DNA of 64,000 bases from Eledone cirrhosa (taxonomy: Eukaryota), in assembly GCA_964016885.1 (NCBI GenBank), contig OZ024741.1, forward strand, positions 15,500,001 to 15,564,000, read 5' to 3'. Positions within the stretch are counted from its first letter, which is position 1. The number at the start of each line of letters is the position of its first letter. Shown one piece after another: positions 1 through 16,748 of the stretch. The notes under the pieces were generated by a model. That model was not told the DNA's origin and ran no database searches. It worked only from the letters and a program-made list of their open reading frames with translations. The translations under genes were made by a program, and so were the position numbers.

Positions 1-770
1 TCGTGAGTGAGAGTTGGTGACAGAATAGTTCTGGGGAGTGAGAGTGTCGGGTAGAAGAGTTCTGAGGAATGAGAGTGTGAGACAGAATAGTTCTGGGGAG
101 TGAGAGTGTCGGGTAGAAGAGTTCTGGGAAATGAGAGTGTGAGACAGAATAGTTCTGAGGAGTGAGAGTGAGAGACAGAATAGTTCTCGTGAGTGAGAGT
201 TGGTGACAGAATAGTTCTGGGGAGTGAGAGTGTCGAGTAGAAGAGTTCTGAGGAATGAGAGTGTGAGACAGAATAGTTCTGGGGAGTAAGAGTGTCGGGT
301 AGAAGAGTTCTGGGAAATGAGAGTGTGAGACAGAATAGTTCTGAGGAGTGAGAGTGAGAGACAGAATAGTTCTCGTGAGTGAGAGTTGGTGACAGAATAG
401 TTCTGGGGAGTAAGAGTGTCGGGTAGAAGAGTTCTGGGAAATGAGAGTGTGAGACAGAATAGTTCTGAGGAGTGAGAGTGAGAGACAGAATAGTTCTGGT
501 GAGTGAGAGTTGGAGATAGAATAGTTCTGGGGAGTGAGAGTGTCGGGTAGAAGAGTTCTGGGAAATGAGAGTGTGAGACAGAATAGTTCTGAGGAGTGAG
601 AGTGAGAGACAGAATAGTTCTGGTGAGTGAGAGTTGGAGATAGAATAGTTCTGGGGAGTGAGAGTGTCCGGTAGAAGAGTTCTGGGAAATCAGAGTGTGA
701 GACAGAATAGTTCTGTGGAGTGAGAGTGTCGGGTAGAAGAGTTCTGGGGAATGAGAGTGAGAGACAGAAT
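1..770. repeat. 31-bp minisatellite with higher-order structure
   Basis: Monomer ~GAGTGAGAGT(TGGTGAC/GTCGGGT/GTGAGAC)AGAA(T/G)AGTTCTGRG; the same variant recurs at 1, 187, 373, 497 and 621 (periods 186, 186, 124, 124 = 6, 6, 4, 4 monomers). Confidence 0.92.
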
Positions 771-809
771 AAATTGAGAATGAGTGTCCTAATAGAATAT
801 TCATCTTCT

Positions 810-948
810 AATTGTTTCTACATTAGGCACAAGGCCAGCAATTTACCAGTGCATTACTGGTACTTTATTTTATCGGCCCCGTAAGGATGAAAGGCAAAAT
901 TAACCTTGGCGGGATTTGAACTCAGAATGGCAAGGGCCGTAACTCTAT
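810..948 (-). mobile_element. tRNA-derived SINE, Deu/Nin-like central domain (partial)
   Basis: On minus: B-box GTTCAAATCC, then CTTTCATCCTTACGGGGCCGATAAAATAAAGTACCAG and tail TAGAAACAATT; about 20 related copies in the window. Confidence 0.85.
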
Positions 949-1246
949 TCCTCTTCTAATTGAGCTGGGTTTAGTTTCTCTAGTTCCGCCTCTTGTTTAT
1001 ATTTCTATAAATGTTCACCATTTGCACATGACGTGTTTAATCTATCTGCTTATTACTAGTACAACGTTGTACTTGTATTTACTATATTCCTGTTTAAGGA
1101 ACACTGTCAAAAGACCTTCTGCCGGTCAAACCATGACATGCTATCTAAGTCCATTCATTTGACTTCAGTCAGCTTCGATTATAACCTCGTCGAACACATA
1201 TTGATCTATGCAGACATATGGGCCTTTTTCTGCTCTCTCCTAGAAA

Positions 1247-1313
1247 TCTTCTTCTTCTTCTTCTTCTTCTTCTTCTTCTTCTTCTTCTTCTTCTTCTTCT
1301 TCTTCTTCTTCTT

Positions 1314-1344
<31 letters not shown>

Positions 1345-1478
1345 AGAGGGTTGTTGGGGCAGAGTCCTCAAACACTCCTTCCAGCAAGTCCTGTCAGAAG
1401 CAACCGTCTCCAATTGATCCGGCTGGATCCCCAAGCGAGACCCGCCAAACTCATCGATGTTATCCAACCATCTTGCTC
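1247..1478 (-). mobile_element. RTE-clade LINE 3' end with (GAA)n tail
   Basis: Minus frame WLDNIDEFGGSRLGIQPDQLETVASDRTCWKECLRTLPQQPS* followed directly by (GAA)n; same family at 29070, 35845 and 58690. Confidence 0.85.
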
Positions 1479-1807
1479 GGGGTAAAAGAAATGTTCTATT
1501 TATTTTTTGTCCAACAGCTTATTTAATCCGGGCGATATGATTGCGGTTAAGACTTTGTAGATTGTAGAGAGGCAACGTATTAGTATGAACTATTTTTTGC
1601 GTACTGACGATGGGGGCTGCATCTCTAGTCTTAGGGATTAAGATGATTTTCTCTTCAGTGAGTCAGGTGTTGGACATCGTCTCAATCAGTATCTATTTAA
1701 TCAGTATCTACACAGTCTCAGACTATGTAAACTTCTGTCAACACCCCATGTGTCCTTGCTAATCATTTTAACCAGAAGTTTGGACGCTTGTAATGGACTT
1801 GTACTTT

Positions 1808-4690
<2,883 letters not shown>

Positions 4691-5957
4691 TATACATACT
4701 TCCTTTTTCCTTTCCTCCCACACTAAAATCCCAGCTCCGTCAAAAGCCACAAGCAACCCTTGGGGCGTGTCAGAAAGGTCGACTAGTGTCAGTACTAAAT
4801 AGTGAGGTCGGGGTGAGCCGTGGTGGGCTGGAGTAGGTTGGGGGTATGTGATGGAGGTATTTACTAACAGATATACAAATAGTAGGTGAGTTGTATGTGG
4901 TTGTTATCGTTGTTGCTGTTTAACCCTAGGTCGACACTGATTGAACAAACCTGTGATCAAAGACGTTCTAACTGTGACCATCAAATTTGTTCCAGTTGTA
5001 GGCGGCAAATATACCAGAATCGTTAGAGTGTCGGACACAATGCCTTGCGGTATTTCTCCAGGGATGTGATCATCTGTGATCAGATCCCACCAAGGTTGCC
5101 TTTACCTTTCATCTTTTCTGTGAGATGTGAGTTCGATATATTGGATTGCAGTGTGGTAGACTGGGTGATTGGTTAGTGTGTCAAACGAGGTGATTGGTTG
5201 CTTTATTTCTTCCGATTCTTTGAATTAAGAGTTCACGGATGGCAGACTTGATCCATCAGTTTACCTGCATGAAGCCACATGGCTAATGGTTAGGTTGCTT
5301 CACGCATGATAGTAATGGCGTCGGTTCGATTCCTTGACAGGGTTCTGTATTGTGGTATTAAACATAACACTTTATTTCATGTTGGTCTAGTACACTCGGC
5401 TGAGATTGGGTCCCTTCTAGACCCGTTGTATCATTACGTCCCACTGCATAGCACCTGAGACAAGTGTCTTCTACTAAAGGTCTAGGGTGACCGGTGTCTT
5501 ATAAGTGAAATTGGTTACACGTAAACTGTGTACAAGTCCATTGTATATGTATATAAACTGTGTACAAGTCCATTGTATATGTATATATGTGGCTTTGCCT
5601 CTGCAGATGTATAATATATATATGGCATTTTCAGTTCTACTCTATATTTCTAATCAGATTTGTGATGTTCACTGCTTTAATTCTCTACAGGAGCCGGGTG
5701 GCAATAGACGGGTGTCTTGTCCTGTGAGAGTATTGCACCGTCAGTCGCTTAATGCCAAGGAAACCTGAAATGCACCAACCTGATGAGCTTTCCACTTAGA
5801 ACAGATTTAATCCATCATCACCCAGTTTAACTCCACATAATTCTTGCGTACCTTTAGTGGAGTTATGATTCCACATATATAAAACTACATTATATAAAGT
5901 GTCTTATTAAAGAGACCTGCGATCAAAGACGGCTTCATAGTTTACATAACATTATTT

Positions 5958-6140
5958 CGGTGGATTGGTAGAATTGGTAAAGAGTCGGACGCCATTCTTT
6001 GACGCATAGAGTTACGGACCTTTACGGTCTGAGTTCAAATCCCGGCGAGGTTAACTTTGCTTTTCATCCTTACGGGGGTCGATAAAATAAAGTACCAGTA
6101 ATGTACTGGGTAATTGCTGGCCAAATGTAGAAACAATTAT
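5958..6140 (+). mobile_element. Deu/Nin-type tRNA SINE
   Basis: tRNA-like head, GAGTTCAAATCC B-box, central domain, AGAAACAATT tail; a divergent second copy follows at ~6170-6320. Confidence 0.85.
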
Positions 6141-6331
6141 TTGACCAGACTTGATATATCTAGAAAGGCTGAGAATTGACAGGGTTGTTAGAGTTGTCGG
6201 ATTATAAGTGCCTCGGTAACTGTTCCGGCACACTGCGTTCTGGGTTCAAGTCTCGCTCAAGTCATCTTTCACTTTCATCCTTTCAATATTGATAAATAAA
6301 AGGTAAGTTCAATACTGGGCGTCAATTCCTT

Positions 6332-6406
<75 letters not shown>

Positions 6407-6488
6407 CTTCTCTCTCGCTCGTTCTCTCTCTCTCTCTCTCTCTATCTATTTCTCTCTCTCTCTCTCTCTCTTTCTCCTTCTCTCTCGC

Positions 6489-6528
<40 letters not shown>

Positions 6529-6537
6529 TCTTTCTCC

Positions 6538-6590
<53 letters not shown>

Positions 6591-6864
6591 TCACTCTCTA
6601 TCTCTCTCCTTTTCTCCCTGCCCTTTTCGCTCGCTCTTCTCTTTCCCTGGAAAAAATCAGTTGTATTCTGAACTAGAGAAGGATAAAATACACAAAACAC
6701 TCCATGTGATATGACTGCACCCTTACATCTCAATCAGGAGATAAGAGCCCTATTTTTTATCAAGTACATCTACAACAATATTAACCAATGTGTGATTTTA
6801 GTCTTTAGTTCAGTCCTTATTCAGCATAACTATGAATAAAGAGGGTCTAACAAAGATCATTACA

Positions 6865-7335
6865 TACGAGGTGCATTCCAGAAGATTTTAGACTTTTTCT
6901 AGAGAGACATTTATTAATTCCAAGGAAGTTCTTGAGTCTGTCTATTGGTCTCTGGAACAGTAGATGCAGCTTTCCTCACAGGTCATGAGAGACTTTCCCT
7001 CTGTTCGGTACTGTGCACATGTTCACATCTTTATGAATAGTTCTGTGTACAGTTGCCACACCTACACCAAACTGTAAATTTATTGTCTTTATAGACACAC
7101 GACGGTCTTCATCTAGAAAATTGCGAATTTTCTCAATCTGCTTCGATGTTCTGATGCCCCCCCCCCCCTCTCACTCACATCTCTCATTGTCTCTCACCTC
7201 CTCTTTACCAACGTTCAGCCTCTTGTGTCAACGAAAAGCAGATGCTTGGCTTATACAAGTTAATCCATAAGCAGTCTGGAACCTTTCTGTAGTGTTTTTC
7301 CCAGGTTAACACAAAACTTCAACTGTATAGTGAGT
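6865..7335 (-). mobile_element. Mariner/Tc1-like transposon remnant
   Basis: TA-CGAGGTGCATTCCAGAAG terminus at 6865 resembles a mariner TIR; minus strand near 7250-7325 reads LKFCVNLGKT...QTAYG, like the mariner transposase N-terminus (KFCxKLGK...AYG). Decayed and internally deleted. Confidence 0.6.
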
Positions 7336-7475
7336 TTCCAAATTGTCTACACGCCCTGACTGCATTCTACAAACTAGTCAGCTGTGACAAGCAGTATTAG
7401 TAAGGTTTGTTGAAAGTGGTTGCAATCGTCTCTTTCAATCTGGAGTAACAAAAGTTGGCAAATCAACTTACTAGA

Positions 7476-7689
7476 TGTATAGAAATAATTGTTTCTACTT
7501 TTGGCACAAGGCCTGCAATTGCCCAGTACAATACTGGTACTTTCTTTTATCGACCACGTAAGGATGAAAGGCAAAGTTAACCTCGGCGGTATTTGAACTG
7601 AGACTGTGAAATCTATAACTCTATGTTGCTAAGCTTGCCGTCCGACCTTCTACCGATACTGCCAATCCACGCCCTTGTATAGAAATAAT
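7476..7689 (-). mobile_element. Full-length Deu/Nin-type SINE with 14-bp TSD
   Basis: TGTATAGAAATAAT duplicated at 7476-7489 and 7676-7689. Confidence 0.9.
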
Positions 7690-10418
7690 ATACGAAAATT
7701 GAAATAATCTAAACCATGTATAACAGCATGTCCTAAAAGGTCTCAAAACTTCTGGAACGCACAGTTTTGCCAGACATAGTATATCTAGAATATTTTGAGA
7801 TGGTCGATATCATTTGAAGGATATTTAGTTATTTCTCGCAGTTTAAGTTCGCTTCACTGGCTGTTGGTATGCTGGTCAAAGCTGGCTGTATAGTCAACTT
7901 TAAGTTGACACTGAATGTAGGAAAAGATAAAGTCAATTATATTAGCACCAATATATCACTGGTATTGTATTAACATCAGTAGATTATTGTTACTTTATGT
8001 TGAAAAAATAAAATAAAATTTACAGCTTACATCTATGTTATCAAGGTTATATCTTACAGGGAACATCTCGGGCGTTTTAATGAAAGGAACCCCAGTCCTA
8101 TCATAAAAACAACGCAATATGAAGCATATTGCAGCGCACCACCGGGATCATGAACCAAATTCAACACCCTATGATTTTGAATCTCAAAACCTAACAACTA
8201 TTCCATGCGCCTTCACTACTTTATATTGTCAACAATAGAAGAACTAACATCCAAATGATTTGACCTCCTAACATAGAAGAATAAAACAGAAATCAGTGAA
8301 AAAATACGTCAAGAAAACTATAGGCATATCTATCCTTCTTTCTGATTTGAAATGAAACAAGAACTATTATTTACAAATAATTTCCAAATGTTTGTATTTT
8401 TATTTCTATCGATGAACCAAGAAATTTATTAATTTTTTTTCAAGTATTTTATAAACTTATCAATTCTTATATAAAACTCTTAAATCTCTATAGCCCACCA
8501 TACTAATGGCGGAAACGAAATTTCCTAAACAATTCTGTCAGTGAATATGGAGGGGTTAAATGATGAAATTAAATGACAAATCCATAAGGAATGAAGACAG
8601 TTTGCCTCTAAATAGCTTTTTAAGAGATCAATTGAAGAGGGAGATAGACTGGGATTATACGTAAATTAAACATTCTTTGTTTGACTTGAGTAATTATGAA
8701 TAAATATTATAATACTAGGTCCGTTAAAGGCAGATTTATAAAAGTTCAACTGTAATACTAGGGCTGGGTAATTATAAACAGAAATATGGTAAACTTTGAT
8801 AATACCAATAGTTCTTAATGGCATCTTATTACTTCTGTAACTGTACATATATAAAATTATAAAAGTTCAGAAAAAATTAAATTTTAAGGGAAAATTGTAA
8901 TGAATTAGAGAGAAAGACACGTAATGAGGTATAATAAATGGATTTAAGTTATCATTTTTAAGACCCAGATATTTTACAGCAAATCGCATTAGGCAACGTT
9001 TGTATGGGGGTTGGGTGGAAATGTTTTACAATATAGAATGTGTTGTATGTGAATTTGTATATGTAAACTCATATCAACTTTATTTATGCTCTTTCTCGCT
9101 AATTTATTACAATTTTCCTTTAAGACTTCATCTACAATTTCTGGACATATGTGTTTCTTCTCATTTAAAACTATTACTCAGAATTTAGAAATGCCGAAAG
9201 GATGTGTGGATTTACGTAGAAAGGAAAGCATAACTTCAGAGTGTCTACTAAAATGTGGTGTATTTTGTAAACTGTATTTTATAACTCTTGTTATTACAAA
9301 TTATTGCTAGTGCAAAATTCACTGAAAGAATCTTACATCTGAATTGTAACCGTTATGTTTTGTTGTTTTTTTTGTTCTTTTTCAAGTCCCATATAAATTT
9401 GTAGAGTAGCTTCTACTGGGATTGCGGAATGTGTGGTTATGTTGGTGATATCTAGATTTGAAAAGCCATATATCTACGGTCTAAAGGGTAGATGGGTTAA
9501 TGTACTAATACCTAAAATACCCTATTTGAGGGTAGGTGGATTAAGTATGAACTTGTTTTAGTTAAATTCTAATAAAGTTTAAGGCAGAATTTAGAATGGT
9601 TGAGTACGAAATATTTTATAATAGTTAACTTATCGGGGGAAATTTTCTTTAAAAAGCTGACTGGTACTATATATAAGGACTAAGTAAAATTTGTAAAATG
9701 CTACGTGCATATGTCTATGTTTTCAAGTCTGCCTATGTTTATTGCATGTATGTAGGTGTGTGTGTGTGTGCGTATTTTGTATATGTATAGGTGTGTGTTT
9801 GGGTACGTGTGTACATGTGTATATCTGTGTAGGGAGGGGTCTCGTTTCGGTAAAAATCTGAGTATTGTCAGAAATCATTCATTTAAAAAATGTATTTCAA
9901 CCCGGTTTCACACACATCCAAACCACATGCCTCCCCCATCCTCTCTCTCTCATACCCAGACACAGACACACACATACACTATCACACATATACACTCCCT
10001 CTCTCTGTCTCAGACACACGCTCTCTCTCTCCCGCTCCCTATCTCTCTCACACACACACGCACTCTATCTTTCTATCTATATTTTTCTCTTCCCTAACTA
10101 GCTCCCCCTTCCCTTTCTCAGACTATTTCATTTAAACTACCAACTTAAACCACCCCAGACCCCCACACAAACCACCACATCCCCAACCCACTCCACCCTA
10201 ATCCCACCCCAACCCACTCTCACCCCACTCCCAAAATTTGCATCTTTCTTTCTTGTTAATAATTTGTCTTCATTGTTATTCTCGATGTTATTGATGTCTT
10301 TGTTGTTGATTTTATTATTATTTTATTGGTTTTGTTGCTGTTATTGTTGTTGTTGTCTTGCCAGTTTTCAATGGATGCAGCCATTATTGTCTCCCCTTTT
10401 TATATGTTGTTGTTGTTG

Positions 10419-10456
<38 letters not shown>

Positions 10457-10656
10457 GTTATTATTATTATTAATAATATTATTATTATTATTATTATATC
10501 GTCATTCTGTATAATTAAATATTTACGATGAATAAAGAAATTCTCTTCCCAGATATTTATACACTACAACCCCCGCCAAACACACAACAACAAAAAACAA
10601 CAATAACAACTATGTCAGTTTTTAAATAATAATACTACTAATACTACTACTACTGA

Positions 10657-10706
<50 letters not shown>

Positions 10707-11943
10707 ATAATAATAATGATAATAATGATGATAATGATGATGATGATGATGATGGTGATGATGAAAACAAAATAAGAATAAAAGTAATAGCAACAACAAA
10801 ACCAATTGGCTAACATTTAAAATAAGGAGAACTAAAAAAAAACTGTAGAAATTAGAAATAAAATGTAAAAAATAAAATGTAGAAGCCACAAACAACACCA
10901 ACAAACAACAAACAATGATATCTCTTTGCTCAGGCCATTCCCCTGGTTGTCTTCCCCTTTTCTCTATCTCACTCTCCACCTTCATCACATATCACACAGA
11001 TCACACTTTAACTAATTAACTCGTAACTTGTCATATCGTTCGTTATGTATTCTTCTTCTTCTTCTTCTTCTTCTTCTTCTTCTTCTTCTTCTTCTTCTTC
11101 TTCTTCTTCTTCTTCTTCTTCTTCTTTCCGTGTGACGTTTGAAATTCTAAAATTCAGTAGAATTCAGTTGATGGCGGGGCAGGCGGGGCAGGCTGGACGG
11201 TTTCTATAACAATTTATTCCATTTTAGAGGAATATTTAATATAAAGAAACAGCATTATCACCCACCACCCAATTTCCCAATTTCAGTACATCAAAATTGG
11301 GGGAGGGGGGGGGGGAGAAGGAGGGTTGCAAGCAAAATTGGTGGGGGTGGGGGAGGGCAAGGAACTTGATAAAGGTCAGCCAAATAAAATCACAAAAAAA
11401 TAGATGAAATAATAATGATGATGATGACGATATATACGACGAAGACGATGATGATGATGATGGCGGCGATGAATATGAGTATTATGACGATTCCGATGAC
11501 GATGATGATGATGACGATAATAATAATAATAATAATAATGCTAGTAAAGAGTAAATTATAAACCTGAAACGATTCAATAAAATAAAATCGTGATATATGA
11601 AATGTACTAATATTAAAAATAAATATAATTGTAGTAATAATAATAATAATAATAACACAATAGTGGTGAATATAATAATGGCGTTGATTATAATGATGGT
11701 GTTGATTATAACAATAATGATATTCATAATAATAATATCACTAAAAAGATGGTGATGAGGCGTAGGAGGAGGTGGAAGAGGGGGAGGGGGTTTGAGACGG
11801 ATTCTTATAATAAATTTAGTGAAAAGTTTATAAAAATGTCCATATAACATTTAAAATATAGCATAAGGCATATTTATAGGAAATGTGTCCCGTGTGTACA
11901 TGTATGTGAGTATGACTGTCTGCGTATGTGGTGAGTGTTTGAA

Positions 11944-11994
<51 letters not shown>

Positions 11995-12129
11995 ATATGC
12001 ATATAAATATATATATATTATATATATATAATATATAAATATGTATGTATATTTATATACACATACAAACAGATATGTATATAATATATACATATATATA
12101 TATATTTATGTGTATACACACAAAGACAA

Positions 12130-12238
<109 letters not shown>

Positions 12239-12567
12239 ATAAATATGGCAGGTATATATATGGAAATACCAGGAATTCGCTGCCATTTTAATCATAATCA
12301 TTGTCATCGTTATCATTACCATAAAAATCGTCATCAGCATCACTACAACCACTACTACCTCTACCTTCTCCCCCCACCTCCATCATCATCATCATCGTCG
12401 TCTCCGCCATATTTAAACTGTACATAAATCAAATGAACCAGACTGGATTATGAAATTAAATTTTCTAACATGTGAACTTCTATTTCATTTTAATCTACAT
12501 CTGTTGTAAATTATTCATATACTCGTGTATATATGTGTATGCGTGTGTGTGTATGTGTGTGTGTGTA

Positions 12568-12650
<83 letters not shown>

Positions 12651-12728
12651 CATAAATATGTATAAATATATACATATATGTGTAAATATGTATAAATATA
12701 TATATATGTGTCCATGTTCATATATACG

Positions 12729-12763
<35 letters not shown>

Positions 12764-13169
12764 ATACACTCATGGAATTTTATATGTATAAAGATAAATG
12801 CGAGAAAACATATATTCATGTACATGAACATATATAGAAAGACGGACACAAATATACACATGTATATGTACGTTTGTGACTATATAACATGTATGTTTAA
12901 ACACACATACACGCACATAAAACTTCGTCTTTTTCTTTCTATCACTTGAAATAAAATATTTGCTGCGCCTTGGTTTCATTCACAAATCACATGAAATAAA
13001 CAAATTTATAATATCTATTATTATTAATCATTTATTTTTTTAATTATCGTTAAAAATAGAAATGTTTTTATAATGACATATTAACATAATCTGCACTAAT
13101 TACTTCAGCACACACATGTGATTAATTACGCCTTAATTAGTTAACTATACCATAAATATTTCGTGGCTC

Positions 13170-13383
13170 ATTTGAATATTTAGCTCGTAATTTTTAAAAA
13201 TCGAATTTATTTCTTGATTTTATGTCCAGTTCAGGGCAAAGCTCTTTAATCGACTTAACAATTTATATATATATATATATATATATATAAATTGTTAAGT
13301 AGAATACAGAACTTTGCCCTGAACTGGACATAAAATCAAGAAATAAATTCGATTTTTAAGAATTACGAGCTAAATATTCAAAT
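13170..13383. repeat. Fold-back element with (TA)n centre
   Basis: ~95-bp arms (ATTTGAATATTTAGCTCGTAATT...CTTAACAATTT) almost perfectly inverted around (TA)n. Confidence 0.9.
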
Positions 13384-13385
13384 AT

Positions 13386-13437
<52 letters not shown>

Positions 13438-13707
13438 GTATATATATATATATATATACATATATATATACACATACATGCATATATATATATGTATATA
13501 TACAACCAACTATCCACGGAATACTATATGGTTAGCACCCCAAACACATATCTGGGATTATACTCAGGTATATCCTAATGTTTGTTGAGTGAGATGGAGT
13601 TGGTCAGAGTATCGCTTAAGGCTTTCTCTGTTTATGTATTAAATGTATATATATATATAATGACTTATCCTATGACTTTTTCAATTTTCAACGGAAACTT
13701 CAATACT

Positions 13708-13805
<98 letters not shown>

Positions 13806-13833
13806 ATATATATATATTTATATATATGTATAA

Positions 13834-13881
<48 letters not shown>

Positions 13882-13888
13882 GTATATA

Positions 13889-14036
<148 letters not shown>

Positions 14037-14157
14037 TAAGAGGAATTCCAACTTTGTCTGATTTACTCGTTTTATTTACAATCCTTTAAAATATATAATG
14101 GTATTATAATGAAATAATGAAATAGTGTGATAGGATATTAAATTCTAAGTGTTAATG

Positions 14158-14194
14158 GAACAAGTACTTTCATGCTTTCGCAATCTTCAGGTTC
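14158..14194 (-). ncRNA. Minimal type I hammerhead ribozyme
   Basis: Minus: gaac CTGAAGA t tgc gaaa gca t GAAA gtac TT gttc; helix III AGTACT is a palindrome. Followed by a ~130-bp pLTR-like tail into (TA)n that is also present at 45268-45405. Confidence 0.8.
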
Positions 14195-14890
14195 ATAATA
14201 TGTGGTGACAGTCGAGTTTGCAATTTTCAACTGCATGTATATATATATATACAATTTTCATATGCATGTATATATATATATACAAAGTGTTAAAACGATC
14301 AAATTTTAGTTTAGAACATTTATTTGCTGACAATTGTTTCTTCCAGAGGGAAATGTTTAAGATAGTGTGCAATTTGTTAGAGCGGCATGTGGTTATAATG
14401 TAGGTATTTGTTATGTAAGGTGTAATGCAAAGCACGTGATAGAGTTGGAAATGTGATTTTCATTGAAGTGTTTATATAAAAATCACATAACAAATACCTA
14501 CATTATAACCACATACCGCTCTAACAAATTGCACACTATCTTAAACATTTCTAACAAATATAACATGCTTTAACACGCCACACAAAATATGTTTATTTCA
14601 ACTGTATTATAACTCTTTCCTCATACATGCCTTATTGACTGTATTGACTCCTGCATTGTACACCTATTGTCCTTGGTTATAACTTTTTTTCACTGAATAT
14701 TTTTTTTGCCTGTGCTTTTCACTTATACCTCTTACACTCTCAACCAGCGCTGCCTGTAATTGTGTTCTCTCAAGCAAAACATCTTTTTAACTCCTGACTC
14801 TCCACATGATGTCTATGACACTATCAACAATTATGTACCCTAAATGTTCTAAATGACTAGGATTTTAGTAACATGTTTCGACATTCCTTA

Positions 14891-14937
14891 TGCTCCGATG
14901 ATTCCATACTTCCCTCTGGAAGAAACAATTGTCAGCA
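14891..14937 (+). ncRNA. Type I hammerhead ribozyme, variant core CCGAUGA
   Basis: tgct CCGATGA ttcca...tggaa GAAA caattg TC agca; palindromic helix III ACAATTGT; GUC site, predicted cut after 14933. Lies in an element with inverted copies at ~14281-14420. Confidence 0.72.
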
Positions 14938-15108
14938 AATAAATGTTCTAAACCACGATTTGATCGTTTTAACACCTTGTATCTCGGCTCAGTAAAATAA
15001 TTGAAAATTTGCATTGAGCCTTTTGTCATACCGGTAACCGGCTAGTACTTAGTACTACCCTACATATTCATAGTTGTATTAAACATGTATAAATATAAAT
15101 ATTCTTAT

Positions 15109-15166
<58 letters not shown>

Positions 15167-15280
15167 AGATAAGCAGAACAAGTAAAATTCAACCAATTTT
15201 TCAAAATAAATCAAAATTAATATACAATTAAAATTAATCAAAATTAAAAAATATAATATAAATATTTACCTATTCAAATG

Positions 15281-15361
15281 GCCCTAACTGTACAGTTTCA
15301 CGGTGCAAAACATTAAATATCACGAGGATATTAATGGAAAAGCAACGATCATCAGAGAAGC
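15281..15361 (-). ncRNA. Type I hammerhead ribozyme
   Basis: Minus: gcttct CTGATGA tcgttgc...gcaccgt GAAA ctgtacag TT agggc; palindromic helix III ACTGTACAGT, long helix II. Confidence 0.78.
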
Positions 15362-15643
15362 ATTTTCCTGTCCTAGGGTTAAAAACCCCAGGAACGACAA
15401 AATATATGACCTCACTCCAACTAATACAGGTCTAAAAGGTCGTGAAAGTGACCCGTAAATACATTGGTGTATAGTGAAGGCGGGAAATCGTAGACTCGCC
15501 GTCTATAATCGCCACTAAAAAAAGATTTTTAGTAACTAAATAGAACGACAAATTTTTATCTCTACATACTGGAGATTATTGAATAAGGTTAATATATATC
15601 TGAGGGTACAATATACCCCCGGAAATATATAGTGTGTCTATGA

Positions 15644-15779
<136 letters not shown>

Positions 15780-16131
15780 GAATATATATATGTATATTAA
15801 CATATATATATATATGCATGTATATATATATGTTATGCGTATATGTTTATATATATATATATATACCATCATCATAGTTTAACGTCTATCTTCCACGCTA
15901 CCATGGGTTAGACGGATATATATATGTATATACATACATATATATATGTGTGTGTGTGTAAATATATGTATATATGAATATATGTATATATATTTATATG
16001 TATATATATATATTTGTGTGTGTGTGTATATATGTATATATATATATGTAAATATATGTAATATATATAAATTTATATATATGTATATATATATGTGTGT
16101 ATATATATATGTATGTATGTATATATGTATA

Positions 16132-16214
<83 letters not shown>

Positions 16215-16271
16215 ATATATATATGTATGTATATTTATATATATATATATAAATATATATATATGTGTATG

Positions 16272-16304
<33 letters not shown>

Positions 16305-16624
16305 ATGTATATATATATATATGGGTGTGTGTGTGTGTGCATGAGTGTGTATGTGTATATATATATATATATATTAATATATATATATATGTGTGAGTGT
16401 GTATGTGTATATATATATATATATATTAGAAAATGAGCTTTTTTTACAAAATCAAAAATAACCGAGGTGTCCTACACGAGTGAAAGTATAAAGAAAAAAG
16501 ATGAAATCGAAAATGCAACTGGAGTCTTTTTTTTTTTAAATATATATATTTATATGGTTCCTTTACCGGTTTCGCAGTTCTTCTGCTTTTCAAAAGTAGA
16601 GTTGAGATGGAGGGTCTGTGGTTT

Positions 16625-16738
<114 letters not shown>

Positions 16739-16748
16739 AAAATCGGAA

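Noticed and set aside
5775-5810. CTGATGAG hammerhead core
   Set aside because: No suitably placed GAAA or closing helices downstream.
8650-9700. Telomerase RNA, known miRNA or mitochondrial insertion
   Set aside because: No CTAACCC-type template, recognisable miRNA mature sequence or mitochondrial gene motif seen.
11125-11400. Possible promoter (TGACGT, GGCGGG x2, G-rich tracts)
   Set aside because: Short motifs only; no linked exon could be identified.
15595-15637. Hammerhead-like atat CTGA gggta..taccc ccg GAAA tata TA gtgt
   Set aside because: NGA of the core missing and helix I mostly G.U; at best a decayed motif.
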